Positions 28,527 to 38,876 of a stretch of 61,603 nucleotides of DNA are shown piece by piece (position 1 is the first letter of the stretch; each line of letters begins with the position of its first letter). The notes under the pieces were generated by a model that searched no databases, had not been told where the DNA came from, and saw only the letters and a program-made list of their open reading frames with translations. The translations under genes were made by a program, and so were the position numbers. This stretch comes from a virus (taxonomy: Duplodnaviria > Caudoviricetes): the IMG/VR virus record IMGVR_UViG_3300032322_001005, positions 1-61,603 of that record, one strand, 5' to 3'.

Positions 28527-29152
28527 AACCCCTCCCGCTTCCAGCAGTGCGTAATTTGCCTAAAGTCGTTTTTGAGTTCATCATTTAGCCCGTTGTGTTG
28601 CACGTCGAGGGGAACGTGAACAGCGGACTTTAGCTCACAGGAGCATACAAGGCAAGCACCGAGAGCATAATCGTTCTTGGTTTTTCTGTCGCCTAGAACT
28701 CCGTGAATAAGCTTCATCACTCCTCCCATACACGCACCGCAGGAGAATTGGAGCGTAACGTTGTTCGGGCATCCCGCACAGATGTTCGCCCTGCGCTCTG
28801 CTTCCTCTTGCGAGACGAATGCAGCCCTGCCGTTCAAGACCTGCATCGCCCACGACTTGATCATATTCAAGAACGACAGCACAGCCTGCAACGAAAGCTT
28901 CCGGCGAACCACCTTGTCCAGCGAGACGGGATTGCAGAGCTTTCCCCACCCATTCTGGATGCACATCTCCGAGATTAACTCGTCCTCCCAGTCTCCCGTC
29001 AGAACGATATTGTTTGCCAAGCAATGATTCACATACGCTTTGATGAATGCTCGGTAATCATAATGTTTGAGAAGCAGTCCTGTAATAGGATGCTTGTAGC
29101 GCCACTCACCGGGGGGACACGTGGCCTTGTCCGTGTAGCGATATTGAACCAT
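28523..29152 (-). CDS. Cys-rich metal-binding protein
   Basis: RRANICAGCP, CGAC, CLVCSC, CW. Confidence 0.7.
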   Translation of the reverse strand: MVQYRYTDKATCPPGEWRYKHPITGLLLKHYDYRAFIKAYVNHCLANNIVLTGDWEDELISEMCIQNGWGKLCNPVSLDKVVRRKLSLQAVLSFLNMIKSWAMQVLNGRAAFVSQEEAERRANICAGCPNNVTLQFSCGACMGGVMKLIHGVLGDRKTKNDYALGACLVCSCELKSAVHVPLDVQHNGLNDELKNDFRQITHCWKREGL

Positions 29153-32100
29153 TACTTGTAAAGGTTCTGTAATCTCTTCTCTGCCTTCTCGCGTTCTTTG
29201 CCCTGCTCGATCACGTCTTTGTTCATCTGCCTAATCATCCTCGCAACGTCCGTGTCGTTCAAGCGCATTGTGTATAAAAGTTCGCTAACCCCAGCAACGA
29301 ACATTACCCTGCGCTCTTCAGGGGTCAACGTATCGGCAAGCTCTTGGCTGGACAATTCTTTAACCCGATCCGAAAGTTCTGCAAATTGCCCGGGCATGAT
29401 TTCCAGCATACCAAGATTTACTCCCGATCCTTTGCCAGTATAACGATACAAGAAAGCGCGGTCTTTCATGTATTTATCAAACGGCATTACCTCGCCGCTA
29501 TCATCCAGCGCATTTTCGTTTTCGATCTGCGATTCGATGATGTATTGCATGTAGTTGATTGAATCAATCGCTTTGCTTTCAAAAATCTCAGGGAAACCGC
29601 CCAAAACAATATTGGAAAACAATTCTGTCCTGAACTTGCGCCAGATCAAATTTGCTTCTTCTTTCTGCTTTTCTTCGTCGGGTTCGTCCATATCTACTCC
29701 TAGGAGCGCGTAGATAGTAGAAGCACCGAGTCCGTAAACAGCAGGCAGAAGGAATCTGCGAGCTGCATTGAATGTAATCATTCCAGCAATTGTTCCGCTA
29801 AGCCCCTTTGCCGCAGCTTTCCTTTGATCTGAATCGCCAAAGATTGCATCTCGCGCATCCGAAAACATGCGAAGTCTTTCTTGAAGAACGAACGAATAGA
29901 ATGGCATGAAGATCGCTTTGAATAGATTGGCGTATCCATTGTTACCCCTCTGCGATAGTTCTGCCATCCTTGTCGGGTCTGAAGAGCCTTGATACATGTC
30001 GATCATTTGTTCGGCATACATCGCAGCCTCAAGGCGAATCGGGTCGCTTTCAGCATTTAGTCTCGATTCGTTCTCCCATCCAGTAAACTCAACACCTTTG
30101 TCTTGAAGATACTTTCTGTAATAAGAAAGCCATCCAGAGCCAGCCGCCAAGAAGTCAGACTTTTTGAGTGCGTATAACCAAACATTGTTAAGGCGCTCTA
30201 CAGCATCAGATACAACTACCCATCTTCCGTCCTCGACAAATCTTTCAATCTTGCCGTAATTTCCTTCTGTTTGGTTAATCCACTTGGTTCCACCAGCAAT
30301 CTCGCCACGCTCTCCGATGGAGTATTGCCGCAGTAAACTCATGGCACCTTCGCTTGATAAGTCTCTCGTGCTTTCGGCAATCAACGCAGGGTCGCCTACA
30401 TTTGCCAACGTCGTAGCCATTTGCGAAGGATATTGCTTAAAGAATTGTCCGTATCCGCCGAGTGCAAGGCCGATGCCAAACCTGCGCGTAACGTTTGCAA
30501 TCGTGTTGGCAATCGCGCTACCTCCATCTCCGTCGTATGTTCTTGCTAGTGCGTTTGAAAGAACAGCGAGCCGCCTGTTAAGGAAATCAAGGTTCTCTGC
30601 GCCGCCAACAGCCTTCTCTGCATCTGGAGAGTCGAGGAACGCGATAATCTGTTGCCAAGCCGCGTTTGTATTCGCTTTGGAGATTTGATCTGAAAGCGAG
30701 TTGAGAACGTTTTTCGTAAGGTTGTAATCAATTACAGAATCTTTAGGAAGAACTGTAACCTTCTTGCGCTTAATTGAGTTCGCCGCTTGCTTTGGCTTGG
30801 AAACATCTTTTCCTGTTGTAATAACAACCTTGTCTGGTGGTTTTACCTTTGAACCGACCTGCCTATACCGAATTGGCAGGTAGTTCGGATTGTTGTAATT
30901 GTCGGTTTGATTATTAAACAATTCGTCATGTTCCTTTAACATCGGCTTATATTCTGGAAGAACCTGATCTTTTAAGAATATAAGTGCCTCGTAGTTCGCA
31001 ATGTGTGTTCTCTTTAGGTTTTCAAGAATACCCTGCACACTATCGGCATATACCTCATCCAATGCCTTTTTAATAAACGGAACGCTTTCTCTATCAGACC
31101 TTGATGGCGAGCGTTCTTTAACTGCTATATCCTCTTCGATAAGTTTTCTAATTCGCTGAATCCCTTCAGCCTCAGTCTCGTCTGGATCAATCTGAATAAG
31201 ATTTCCAGCTACCCCCATAGAGAACATTCCTTGTTTGTCGGAAATCTTTTGTTTTGTTTCGTCTTCAATCTGTAAATACCTTTCGCGTATACCGTCAGAT
31301 ATTTCGGCGTTGATTTTATTTGCCCTTGCTGTCCCTTTAGAAAGCCTTGCCATTCCCATTTGAACAAGAAGACGCGGCGCTCCATTTTTGCCAGCAATAT
31401 TGCGAAATGTGTCCGCAACAGACTGAACGCTAAGATTCAATGCACGACCAGTTCTTTCTCCAAGGAACGAGTTTAGGAAATTAAACATCGCCTCATTGCG
31501 TTTGATTTGGTTTGGGTCGTTTGCAGCTTCCGCCGCTCCCATTTGCCCCTTGGCTGTCGCTGAAAACTTCTGCGCTCCGAAAAAGTAATTGTTAACAAGA
31601 ATCGAGTTTGCCGCCCGAATAAACTCCTTACGCGCACCTACGTCCAACTGCGACAAATTAAGTCGCTTCATATCGTCAAGTATCTCTGTCGTATCGTCTG
31701 TCGGGTTTGGATTTTTGTAGTTTACCAAAGCGATCTGAGCTTCTTCAGAAATCTTGTTGATCGCAGCTTCAAGTGCCTCTGCTCGCTTTACTCGGCGTTC
31801 ATCACGAGCATCTTGCTTGCGGGCCTCGATCATGCTGGTGAATTCCTCTTCGGACATATCCAGCAAATCAACAGCCTCGTCTTCGGTGATACCTTCTCTT
31901 CCTAGCTCTTGAGACAATGCACGGAGATACAGTTGGCGCTCCGCTTCTTGGCGAGTAGCGTCTATCTCTGTATAAAGATCGTTGAGATAGCTCTGCATTT
32001 CTGCGTCTGGAATAACAACATAATCCTCCGCAGTCACAGGTCCATAGCCCTTCATATACTCGGTTAGAACTGCCGCAAACTCACCGGGGTTGTTTATCTC

Positions 32101-35100
32101 CCTAGGGTTGATTCCAGCGAACTCTTTCAGAACGTCTTTTACTGGTGCTGGGATATCTTTCTGTTTTGCTAGATTCTTTGCAGAGCTAATGGCTTTCTTC
32201 GCATCCGACACGTCCCTGTCGTAATTCGCGTTGTCGATTACCTTGTTCGCGTAGTTCAAGAACGAGAGGATGGACGCGTCGTTGTCGAAACGGACTTGCA
32301 TCGCCTTGTTGACGATAGCGCGAAGCTGCGGGGCTTTTACCCTACCGCGAATTGTTTCCTCGCGGAGTTGGGCTGTCAGGTCTTTTACGAACTCCTTCTG
32401 CTGCGCGGCATCCAGCCTGCGCTTCTTCGCCCCGAGTTTGAGTTGATCCTTCAACGCGGTCTTCTCGTTTATCGTTAACAAGTCACGCTTGCGCTTCACT
32501 CCAGTTGTCGCCTCGATCAATCGCTGGATTGTTGTTGGGCGTGGTTTCTTTTGCGGAGCCTCTGCGGCGGGTTCTACTGTAGGCTCGGCTTCTACTGCCG
32601 CCTCTGGTTCAGCCGCCATCCTAAATATTCCTGCATCCATCTCGCGGATGATTCGCTCTCCGCTCTGGAAGCGTTTAATCGCTGAAGAGAGGACTGCCTG
32701 CGCTCCTCGGTCTGTCAGCCTGAACTTGGTTCCGACCAGCCTGTTCAGCACAGCCTTTACGGCATTTACAAATCGCTCCCACTTCGGGGCGATCCTATTC
32801 TCTGCGATCAGCGTCCCGAATGCGCGGACTTGGTTCTCCTCCATCTGCACGGACTGAGACTCTTCCGAGTAGTGGCGGCGAATAATATCGTCTGCCTGCG
32901 CCTGTTGCTCTGGTGACAACGCGTTCCAAAACTCTTTAAACGCAGCCTGCACTTCAGGATCGCCGTAGACGAAGTGACCGAGTTCGTGCGCGATATTGTC
33001 TGCGATGTTGTCTTCTTTGGAGAGATACGCTTGGTTGAGGATAATCTGACCAGTCTCTAGGTTGTATCCCGCCTTGAAGCGATAGTCTGGGTCTGTGCTA
33101 TCGTTAACAATTGTGAGGTTCGCCGGGGCTTTTCCGCCGAAGAACTTCTTCGCCGCTACCAAGATTTGCTCGTATGTGTAGCGATTGCTTTCTTGAACTG
33201 GGCTTGGCTCAACCGCCATGTATCTTTGGTCTGGCCCGATTATTCCAGTTGGGCGGGCTTCCGTTTTGGGATTCTTAACAAATACGCGAGAGCCAACCAT
33301 TATTGCCTCATCGCCACCGACAACCGTCCTCTTACTTCTTACATCAATAAATTGGCTTGATCGTATCGGATTATAGCCAACCTCCGTCCACACATTCGGA
33401 TCGTTAATGTCGGCAGGGAGTTCAGCGATTGGCTCGTAGTTGCCCTTGACTGTAGCTAGTCGGAACTTGCCAGCACCCATTGCAATGGTTAGCGCCCCGC
33501 CTTCTCGCATGTTGCGAGTCATAAATCTTGGATTTGTAACTTTAGCTATGCCAGTAAATGCAACAACGTCTCCAATTTTTTTAGAATCATCGGCAACTGG
33601 AAGATGTGCCGTAATTGCATATACCGTGTCGCCTGCCTCTGTTGATTTGTTATAAGTTGGAATGTCTATTCTAAATTCATACTCGGAACCTTCTTGGAGG
33701 CGAGAATTCCCATTTTTGTCAAGCAATCCAACCTGATCAATTTTATTGCTCTGAATGTATTGTTTTATTTTTGCATCTGTCGGAATTGGGTCTGGCCCTT
33801 TGGCAACGAATGGGTCAAGCGCGCCTACCAAATTAGCATACTCATCAACAGTAATCTCCTTGTTCTTCATCCTTACCGCAGCGACAGCTAGTTGCGGGTT
33901 CCTAGCCATAACCCTGTTTGAAGATGCTTTATCAAATGCCGCCTGCTCTTCTTGGGTTCGCGGTTTTATCGCTTGCGGCTGAATCGCCATTCTCCGCACT
34001 CCTTTCGCCTTTACGGGCTTTACGTCGTTCTTCTCTACGACCTGCACCTCTCCGGTTCGCTCGTTCTTTACGGAGTAATACTGCTCTCCTAGATCGCGCT
34101 CTGTTGCTGTCTGCGGGATGACTTTTTCTACTACGTAGGTCTGCGGGCTTTTGCCGAGCTTGATGCGGTTGCCTACTGCGATTCCCTCTGGTGCTGCTTC
34201 TGGTGCGGGTGGAGTTGTTACAGCGGGGGCGACGGGTGCGGGTGCTGGCGCAGGGGCCGCTTGTATCTCCGCGACTCGCTCTGCTGGGGTGAGGCGAGGA
34301 AGAGGAGCTTGCGCTCTAGATAAAATAGCCTCTCCGTCTTGATTTATGACGGGCTGGCCTTTGATAATATCGACAAGCCCCGCTGCGGATAGCGCGGAAA
34401 TCTGTTCGCGTTTTGCCGTGTTTTCCGCTACAGAGCGCAAATTGTTTATTACTTGTGCATCGGCAGAAGTTATTGGTTCTGCTGCTACTGGCTGCGGGGC
34501 GGCTGCGGCTGGCTGGGCTGCTCGTTCTCTGCGCTCAAGCTCTTGGACGCCGGACTCAACTTCGCTAATAGTTTCTGGGAATGCGACAGCTTCGCCAGAA
34601 GGGCGAACCTCCCTGCGTAGCGAGGACTTGTATTGTTGGTATTTGGGGTTGCTTTCATAATTTGTGATGTCTTGGTCAATTAGCAGATATGGTTCAGCTA
34701 ATGCTTGTTTTTGCTCTTCGGATATCGGAAGTCTGTCAATAACTCGCAGTGCTGTATCAATCTGTCGATTTGCCACCTCGATCTGCTCTGGGCTGATCTG
34801 CGTGTAAAACTCTGGTGTGCTTGAGATTTTGACAGACCTCTTTCCCTCTTTAACCAATTTAGATTCGCCAACGTCAAATATGTCGGCAATCGCGTTAAGT
34901 GTTGGAGAGTTTTCAATTTCAATTAACGCCTGCGGAATTTCAAAATCGTCCTCTGTTGCGGCGATTTCTTCTTCTGTTACCTGAGGCTTGGATTCGATAA
35001 CCGACGCAACCTGTGGCAACGCAGGCTCGGCAGGAGCCTGTCTAGTCTGCCCTTTGCGAACCCACTCAACCCCTTCGATCTCGCTGATAGGTTGGTTGGG

Positions 35101-36768
35101 ATTTACTGGAACTTCATACTTTTCAGCGGTGGCGAACGGCCTGAATACCGTCACCCCATCTTCAACAGATATTGCTCCGCGCATTCCGTTGAATACGAAT
35201 GTGTCTTTGTCTCTGATTGATTCGGCTATGGTTCTTTGCGGAGCGGCAAGCTCTTCTGGAGCGGCAGGCGTAATGGGTGCGGCAGGTGCTGCTGGCTGCG
35301 TAACAGCCGCAACTGCGGGAGCTGCCTCTTCTACGGGTGGGACTGTAATCGGCGTGGGTGCTACCCCTGCACGGAACTCGGCAAGTGCGTCCAGCCCAGC
35401 TTGAGCGAATGCACGGGTATCCGCGTCTTCGCTTTCGAGTTCTTCGCGGAAGCCCCGCTCGGTCTGGGCGATAGACTCCGGCGACATTTTGGCGAAGGTT
35501 GTTTTGAACTCTTCTTTGGCGGGAACCTCGTATACCGTGGGCTTGGGTGCAAACTTCTCGCGCTCTTGCGCAAGTTCGGTTTCTGTCTGTTCGTTGGTCT
35601 GTTTCTCTTGCTGCAACGCATCCTTTGCTGAAGTAACCGTAACTGCCTGTGCAGTAAGGGGAGCGTTATTGTTTTCCAAGTTTGACGCAACCTTCGCGGC
35701 CTCTTGAAGTTGACGTTGTTTTCTACGCTCGGCAAATCCTTGTTGCACTTTACCGATTGCGATTTCCGCAGCACCCGGCCCGACCTCGCCAACGATTTCA
35801 GCAAACACATCCTTTGGTCTAATTTCTTCGCCAGCAGCAAGCGATCCAGCAACTTCACCACCGCCACCCAGAGCGGCTTGAATCGCTGTTTCTGCGGCGA
35901 CTTCACGCACTGGCGTCTTAAACGCAGCCTTGGTGATTTTAGCCACCTTACCGCCGATACCAGCGGATAGTGCATCAAACGCAGCGACAGGAACGCCTCG
36001 CTTGAGTGCTTTGTCTTTTGCCTCGTCAACCAGCTTTTGGTTGGAAAAGAATTCGGTGATGCTGTCTGGATTGTTTATGTCCATTCCTGCATTCTGTAGT
36101 TCCTCAAGCATCTTGCCGCCGTATTCGGTAGCCAGCGAACCAGCAAATGTTCCTGCAATCTGACCACCCAAGAATCCAGCGGGTGCCCCAATTACTGTAG
36201 GTGCGCCAATAGCAGCGCCAACCGTTCCAGCGGCAAGACCAGTGCCCAATGCTGGAAGATTTCCAGAAAGACCCTCTGCGACGATATTTGTCGTAACCTC
36301 AAACGGATTGGTGACAAACGCCTTTACCGCATCCATTCCTTCGGCATCCTGATACGCCTTGTAGTCGGGCGATACCTCTCGTGCCTTTTTTTCAAATTCC
36401 AACTTAGAGATTTCTTTTGCTTCCTCTGGAGTTACGCCTCCGACTGTTTTGATCGCTTGTTGGGATGAGGCAAAAGCGTTCTGTGCCGCGTTGGCGATTC
36501 CTTCAAATACACCAACCTCTGGCTTTAGCTTCCTTTTGGAAAGTTGACCAAAATCAGCAAACTCTTCCTCGTCGCCATACTCTTTGGCTTTCTGATTATA
36601 CCATCCTGTAAACCCAGAAGCGAACTCCTCGTCACGATACAGTCCTTGCTGCATGGCGCGGTCAACCGCAGTCCTGCTCCACTTGCCAAAGTAATCTTTC
36701 TTCTTTGCCGTGTCTAAAGACTGAAATTCAGGATCGGATTCTACTTCTTTCCAAGTCGGAAACCTCAT
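29152..36768 (-). CDS. giant internal virion/DNA-ejection protein (polyvalent type) with a zincin HExxH domain
   Basis: About 2540 aa; Gly/Ala-rich hydrophobic N-terminal segment; AHELGH at 32974-32988; helical C-terminus; likely start MRFPTW at 36768. Confidence 0.75.
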   Translation of the reverse strand: MRFPTWKEVESDPEFQSLDTAKKKDYFGKWSRTAVDRAMQQGLYRDEEFASGFTGWYNQKAKEYGDEEEFADFGQLSKRKLKPEVGVFEGIANAAQNAFASSQQAIKTVGGVTPEEAKEISKLEFEKKAREVSPDYKAYQDAEGMDAVKAFVTNPFEVTTNIVAEGLSGNLPALGTGLAAGTVGAAIGAPTVIGAPAGFLGGQIAGTFAGSLATEYGGKMLEELQNAGMDINNPDSITEFFSNQKLVDEAKDKALKRGVPVAAFDALSAGIGGKVAKITKAAFKTPVREVAAETAIQAALGGGGEVAGSLAAGEEIRPKDVFAEIVGEVGPGAAEIAIGKVQQGFAERRKQRQLQEAAKVASNLENNNAPLTAQAVTVTSAKDALQQEKQTNEQTETELAQEREKFAPKPTVYEVPAKEEFKTTFAKMSPESIAQTERGFREELESEDADTRAFAQAGLDALAEFRAGVAPTPITVPPVEEAAPAVAAVTQPAAPAAPITPAAPEELAAPQRTIAESIRDKDTFVFNGMRGAISVEDGVTVFRPFATAEKYEVPVNPNQPISEIEGVEWVRKGQTRQAPAEPALPQVASVIESKPQVTEEEIAATEDDFEIPQALIEIENSPTLNAIADIFDVGESKLVKEGKRSVKISSTPEFYTQISPEQIEVANRQIDTALRVIDRLPISEEQKQALAEPYLLIDQDITNYESNPKYQQYKSSLRREVRPSGEAVAFPETISEVESGVQELERRERAAQPAAAAPQPVAAEPITSADAQVINNLRSVAENTAKREQISALSAAGLVDIIKGQPVINQDGEAILSRAQAPLPRLTPAERVAEIQAAPAPAPAPVAPAVTTPPAPEAAPEGIAVGNRIKLGKSPQTYVVEKVIPQTATERDLGEQYYSVKNERTGEVQVVEKNDVKPVKAKGVRRMAIQPQAIKPRTQEEQAAFDKASSNRVMARNPQLAVAAVRMKNKEITVDEYANLVGALDPFVAKGPDPIPTDAKIKQYIQSNKIDQVGLLDKNGNSRLQEGSEYEFRIDIPTYNKSTEAGDTVYAITAHLPVADDSKKIGDVVAFTGIAKVTNPRFMTRNMREGGALTIAMGAGKFRLATVKGNYEPIAELPADINDPNVWTEVGYNPIRSSQFIDVRSKRTVVGGDEAIMVGSRVFVKNPKTEARPTGIIGPDQRYMAVEPSPVQESNRYTYEQILVAAKKFFGGKAPANLTIVNDSTDPDYRFKAGYNLETGQIILNQAYLSKEDNIADNIAHELGHFVYGDPEVQAAFKEFWNALSPEQQAQADDIIRRHYSEESQSVQMEENQVRAFGTLIAENRIAPKWERFVNAVKAVLNRLVGTKFRLTDRGAQAVLSSAIKRFQSGERIIREMDAGIFRMAAEPEAAVEAEPTVEPAAEAPQKKPRPTTIQRLIEATTGVKRKRDLLTINEKTALKDQLKLGAKKRRLDAAQQKEFVKDLTAQLREETIRGRVKAPQLRAIVNKAMQVRFDNDASILSFLNYANKVIDNANYDRDVSDAKKAISSAKNLAKQKDIPAPVKDVLKEFAGINPREINNPGEFAAVLTEYMKGYGPVTAEDYVVIPDAEMQSYLNDLYTEIDATRQEAERQLYLRALSQELGREGITEDEAVDLLDMSEEEFTSMIEARKQDARDERRVKRAEALEAAINKISEEAQIALVNYKNPNPTDDTTEILDDMKRLNLSQLDVGARKEFIRAANSILVNNYFFGAQKFSATAKGQMGAAEAANDPNQIKRNEAMFNFLNSFLGERTGRALNLSVQSVADTFRNIAGKNGAPRLLVQMGMARLSKGTARANKINAEISDGIRERYLQIEDETKQKISDKQGMFSMGVAGNLIQIDPDETEAEGIQRIRKLIEEDIAVKERSPSRSDRESVPFIKKALDEVYADSVQGILENLKRTHIANYEALIFLKDQVLPEYKPMLKEHDELFNNQTDNYNNPNYLPIRYRQVGSKVKPPDKVVITTGKDVSKPKQAANSIKRKKVTVLPKDSVIDYNLTKNVLNSLSDQISKANTNAAWQQIIAFLDSPDAEKAVGGAENLDFLNRRLAVLSNALARTYDGDGGSAIANTIANVTRRFGIGLALGGYGQFFKQYPSQMATTLANVGDPALIAESTRDLSSEGAMSLLRQYSIGERGEIAGGTKWINQTEGNYGKIERFVEDGRWVVVSDAVERLNNVWLYALKKSDFLAAGSGWLSYYRKYLQDKGVEFTGWENESRLNAESDPIRLEAAMYAEQMIDMYQGSSDPTRMAELSQRGNNGYANLFKAIFMPFYSFVLQERLRMFSDARDAIFGDSDQRKAAAKGLSGTIAGMITFNAARRFLLPAVYGLGASTIYALLGVDMDEPDEEKQKEEANLIWRKFRTELFSNIVLGGFPEIFESKAIDSINYMQYIIESQIENENALDDSGEVMPFDKYMKDRAFLYRYTGKGSGVNLGMLEIMPGQFAELSDRVKELSSQELADTLTPEERRVMFVAGVSELLYTMRLNDTDVARMIRQMNKDVIEQGKEREKAEKRLQNLYK

Positions 36769-36812
36769 AGCGGTCAACTATACAGCAATGGTTATTGTTT
36801 CCAAGAACTTTA

Positions 36813-37598
36813 CTACTCCCCGATAAACGAGCGAAGTGCATTCAGCCCGCTACCCTGTGTGGACTGCGGTGTGGGCTGGGCAGACGGCATTGTCGGCATT
36901 GTTGGAGAGGGCATCGCTGGTGCTGCGCCGCCGAATCCTCCGCGAGGAGCGTTCTGCTGCTGGTAATCGAATATCATTCTGTTGAGTTGCTCAATTGCAA
37001 ATGCTTTATCTGGCTCATTTTCTTGCAACTCGGCAAGGTCTTTTTTGCCTAAAAGCATATCTCTACGAACGATCATATCTTCGTAGTCCTTTGGAGATAG
37101 ACCAACCGTTTCCGGCTGTTTTTGCCTTAGTTTATTTGATTGGAACATTTCATTCCTGCGAACAAGTGGATCAACAACCGTTTTTTGGAAATCTGGATTT
37201 TCGTAAGCAAGCGGGTTTTCAGACTGCAATGTGATGAGTTGGTTCAAAAAGTCATCGCTCGCTGGGTCTAATTGAGAAATAGCGGAGCGGGCTTCTGGTA
37301 TCTGGCGATACATCTCGCGTGTTTGATTCACAAGAGAATCTTGAATCTGAAGATCGGCTTGACGCTTTGCTAGTTCTGCTTCACGAAGATTTAGCATAAC
37401 GTCCTCTTCAGCCAACTCCTGCCTGACAACCCTTGGCGCTGTTGCACGGCGAATGTCTGCAAGGGGATACTTTTGCGACATTTCTTCGTAATCAAACCCA
37501 AGTCCACCAGTTCTGGAAAGACGCGACGTTCCACCTTCGATCAAACGCTCGGAAAGCGATCCGCCAAATTGTGGAATTGTTTGTCTTTGCGGTGGCAT
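36813..37598 (-). CDS. internal virion (ejection) protein
   Basis: Helical protein upstream of the giant protein. Confidence 0.55.
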   Translation of the reverse strand: MPPQRQTIPQFGGSLSERLIEGGTSRLSRTGGLGFDYEEMSQKYPLADIRRATAPRVVRQELAEEDVMLNLREAELAKRQADLQIQDSLVNQTREMYRQIPEARSAISQLDPASDDFLNQLITLQSENPLAYENPDFQKTVVDPLVRRNEMFQSNKLRQKQPETVGLSPKDYEDMIVRRDMLLGKKDLAELQENEPDKAFAIEQLNRMIFDYQQQNAPRGGFGGAAPAMPSPTMPTMPSAQPTPQSTQGSGLNALRSFIGE

Positions 37599-37599
37599 A

Positions 37600-38823
37600 T
37601 TAAGACGCGTTTCTCCTTCTAAGGTTTTCTTCTTCTCGCCTTTGTTGTTCAGCGCGGAGTCTGTTTTCGATCAACTGCGCGTTTCTTGCGCGACCGGCCT
37701 CTGTTTGAAAAAACTTAACCCTTTCTTTTCTGTCTCTTGGAACATCTGCTGTATATGTTGAAATCATGTCTTCAATCGCAGCTTGCGCTCCGAAGTCCCT
37801 AGCTCTACGCGCCTCCCTTGCCGCTCGGTAAAGTGGTTTGATAGTTGCTGTGTATCTCTTTTCAATTTCTTCTGCCTCTTGTTGCTGCGCTTTTCCTGCA
37901 AGACGCTCGCGTGTTTGTTCTCGCGCTTTGAATACCTGCCTTTGAGTTTCAAGCTCTCTTTCGCCGCGTCGTTGCAATACTCCAGAAACACCAGTTTGAA
38001 GTTTTTTCTTTTGCTCATCGCTCATCCCGCGTGTTCCCTGTGCAAGCATTTGCTCAAGGCGAACAGCTTCAGCTTGAATTCTCGCTTGTGCTTTAAGCTC
38101 TGGAGTCGCTGCTGCATCGTATTCTTCAGCAGCCTGACGCATCCTGCTTACGCGGTCAGCGGCTTCCTTCTGTCTGGCAGCGTATAGCTGTGCCAAATCA
38201 GCTTTCCTTGTTTTTTCAGTCTGAAGCCCTTCTCGGTATGCCGCTTCTTTTTGAGCCACATCCTCCGCTGATTTTCCTTTGAAGCTAATTCCTGCAACAA
38301 CACCCTCCTTGCCAGTTCCCTTTAAATAAGACTCGGCGGCTTCTTTTGTATCAAAAAGCTCATCACTTTCGGGTTCACCGCGAATTATAGCGCGATACAT
38401 TCTGCGAGGAGCCGATTCTGCTGGCTTTTCCTTTTCAACAGCCCTTTGTGGCTCTTGTTTTGTGCGCGGCTTTGAGACGGTAATCGTAGGGACTTCCTCT
38501 TGTTCTGAAGCTTGAGTCCTATCAAACCTTGTAGGAAGATCATAATAAGGATACCTTCCAAGATCAATTGGTCTATTTGCAAGTCCAGCAGCGGCTTCCC
38601 CAGTTGCGGCAGCCACATTAACTGCCTGTGGATATACATTTAAAAGTGGCTCGGAAACATATTCCCTAAATGCATCTGTAATATATTCATCGGCAGACTT
38701 TGCTCTTCCAGCAAAAGAAGACGCCCCAGACCGAATGGCCCGCCCAGCAGATGACGCCTTGGAGGAAATAGATTCTCTAAATCGTTTTCCGGCTCTTCCT
38801 GCCTCTGTATATTCTTCTGCCAT
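37600..38823 (-). CDS. internal virion (ejection) protein
   Basis: Charged coiled coil; SD-like AAGGAG. Confidence 0.55.
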   Translation of the reverse strand: MAEEYTEAGRAGKRFRESISSKASSAGRAIRSGASSFAGRAKSADEYITDAFREYVSEPLLNVYPQAVNVAAATGEAAAGLANRPIDLGRYPYYDLPTRFDRTQASEQEEVPTITVSKPRTKQEPQRAVEKEKPAESAPRRMYRAIIRGEPESDELFDTKEAAESYLKGTGKEGVVAGISFKGKSAEDVAQKEAAYREGLQTEKTRKADLAQLYAARQKEAADRVSRMRQAAEEYDAAATPELKAQARIQAEAVRLEQMLAQGTRGMSDEQKKKLQTGVSGVLQRRGERELETQRQVFKAREQTRERLAGKAQQQEAEEIEKRYTATIKPLYRAAREARRARDFGAQAAIEDMISTYTADVPRDRKERVKFFQTEAGRARNAQLIENRLRAEQQRREEENLRRRNAS

Positions 38824-38876
38824 TTTCTTAGCTCCTTATTGTTGAACAATAATTCTTTCTACGCATTGCGACAAGA

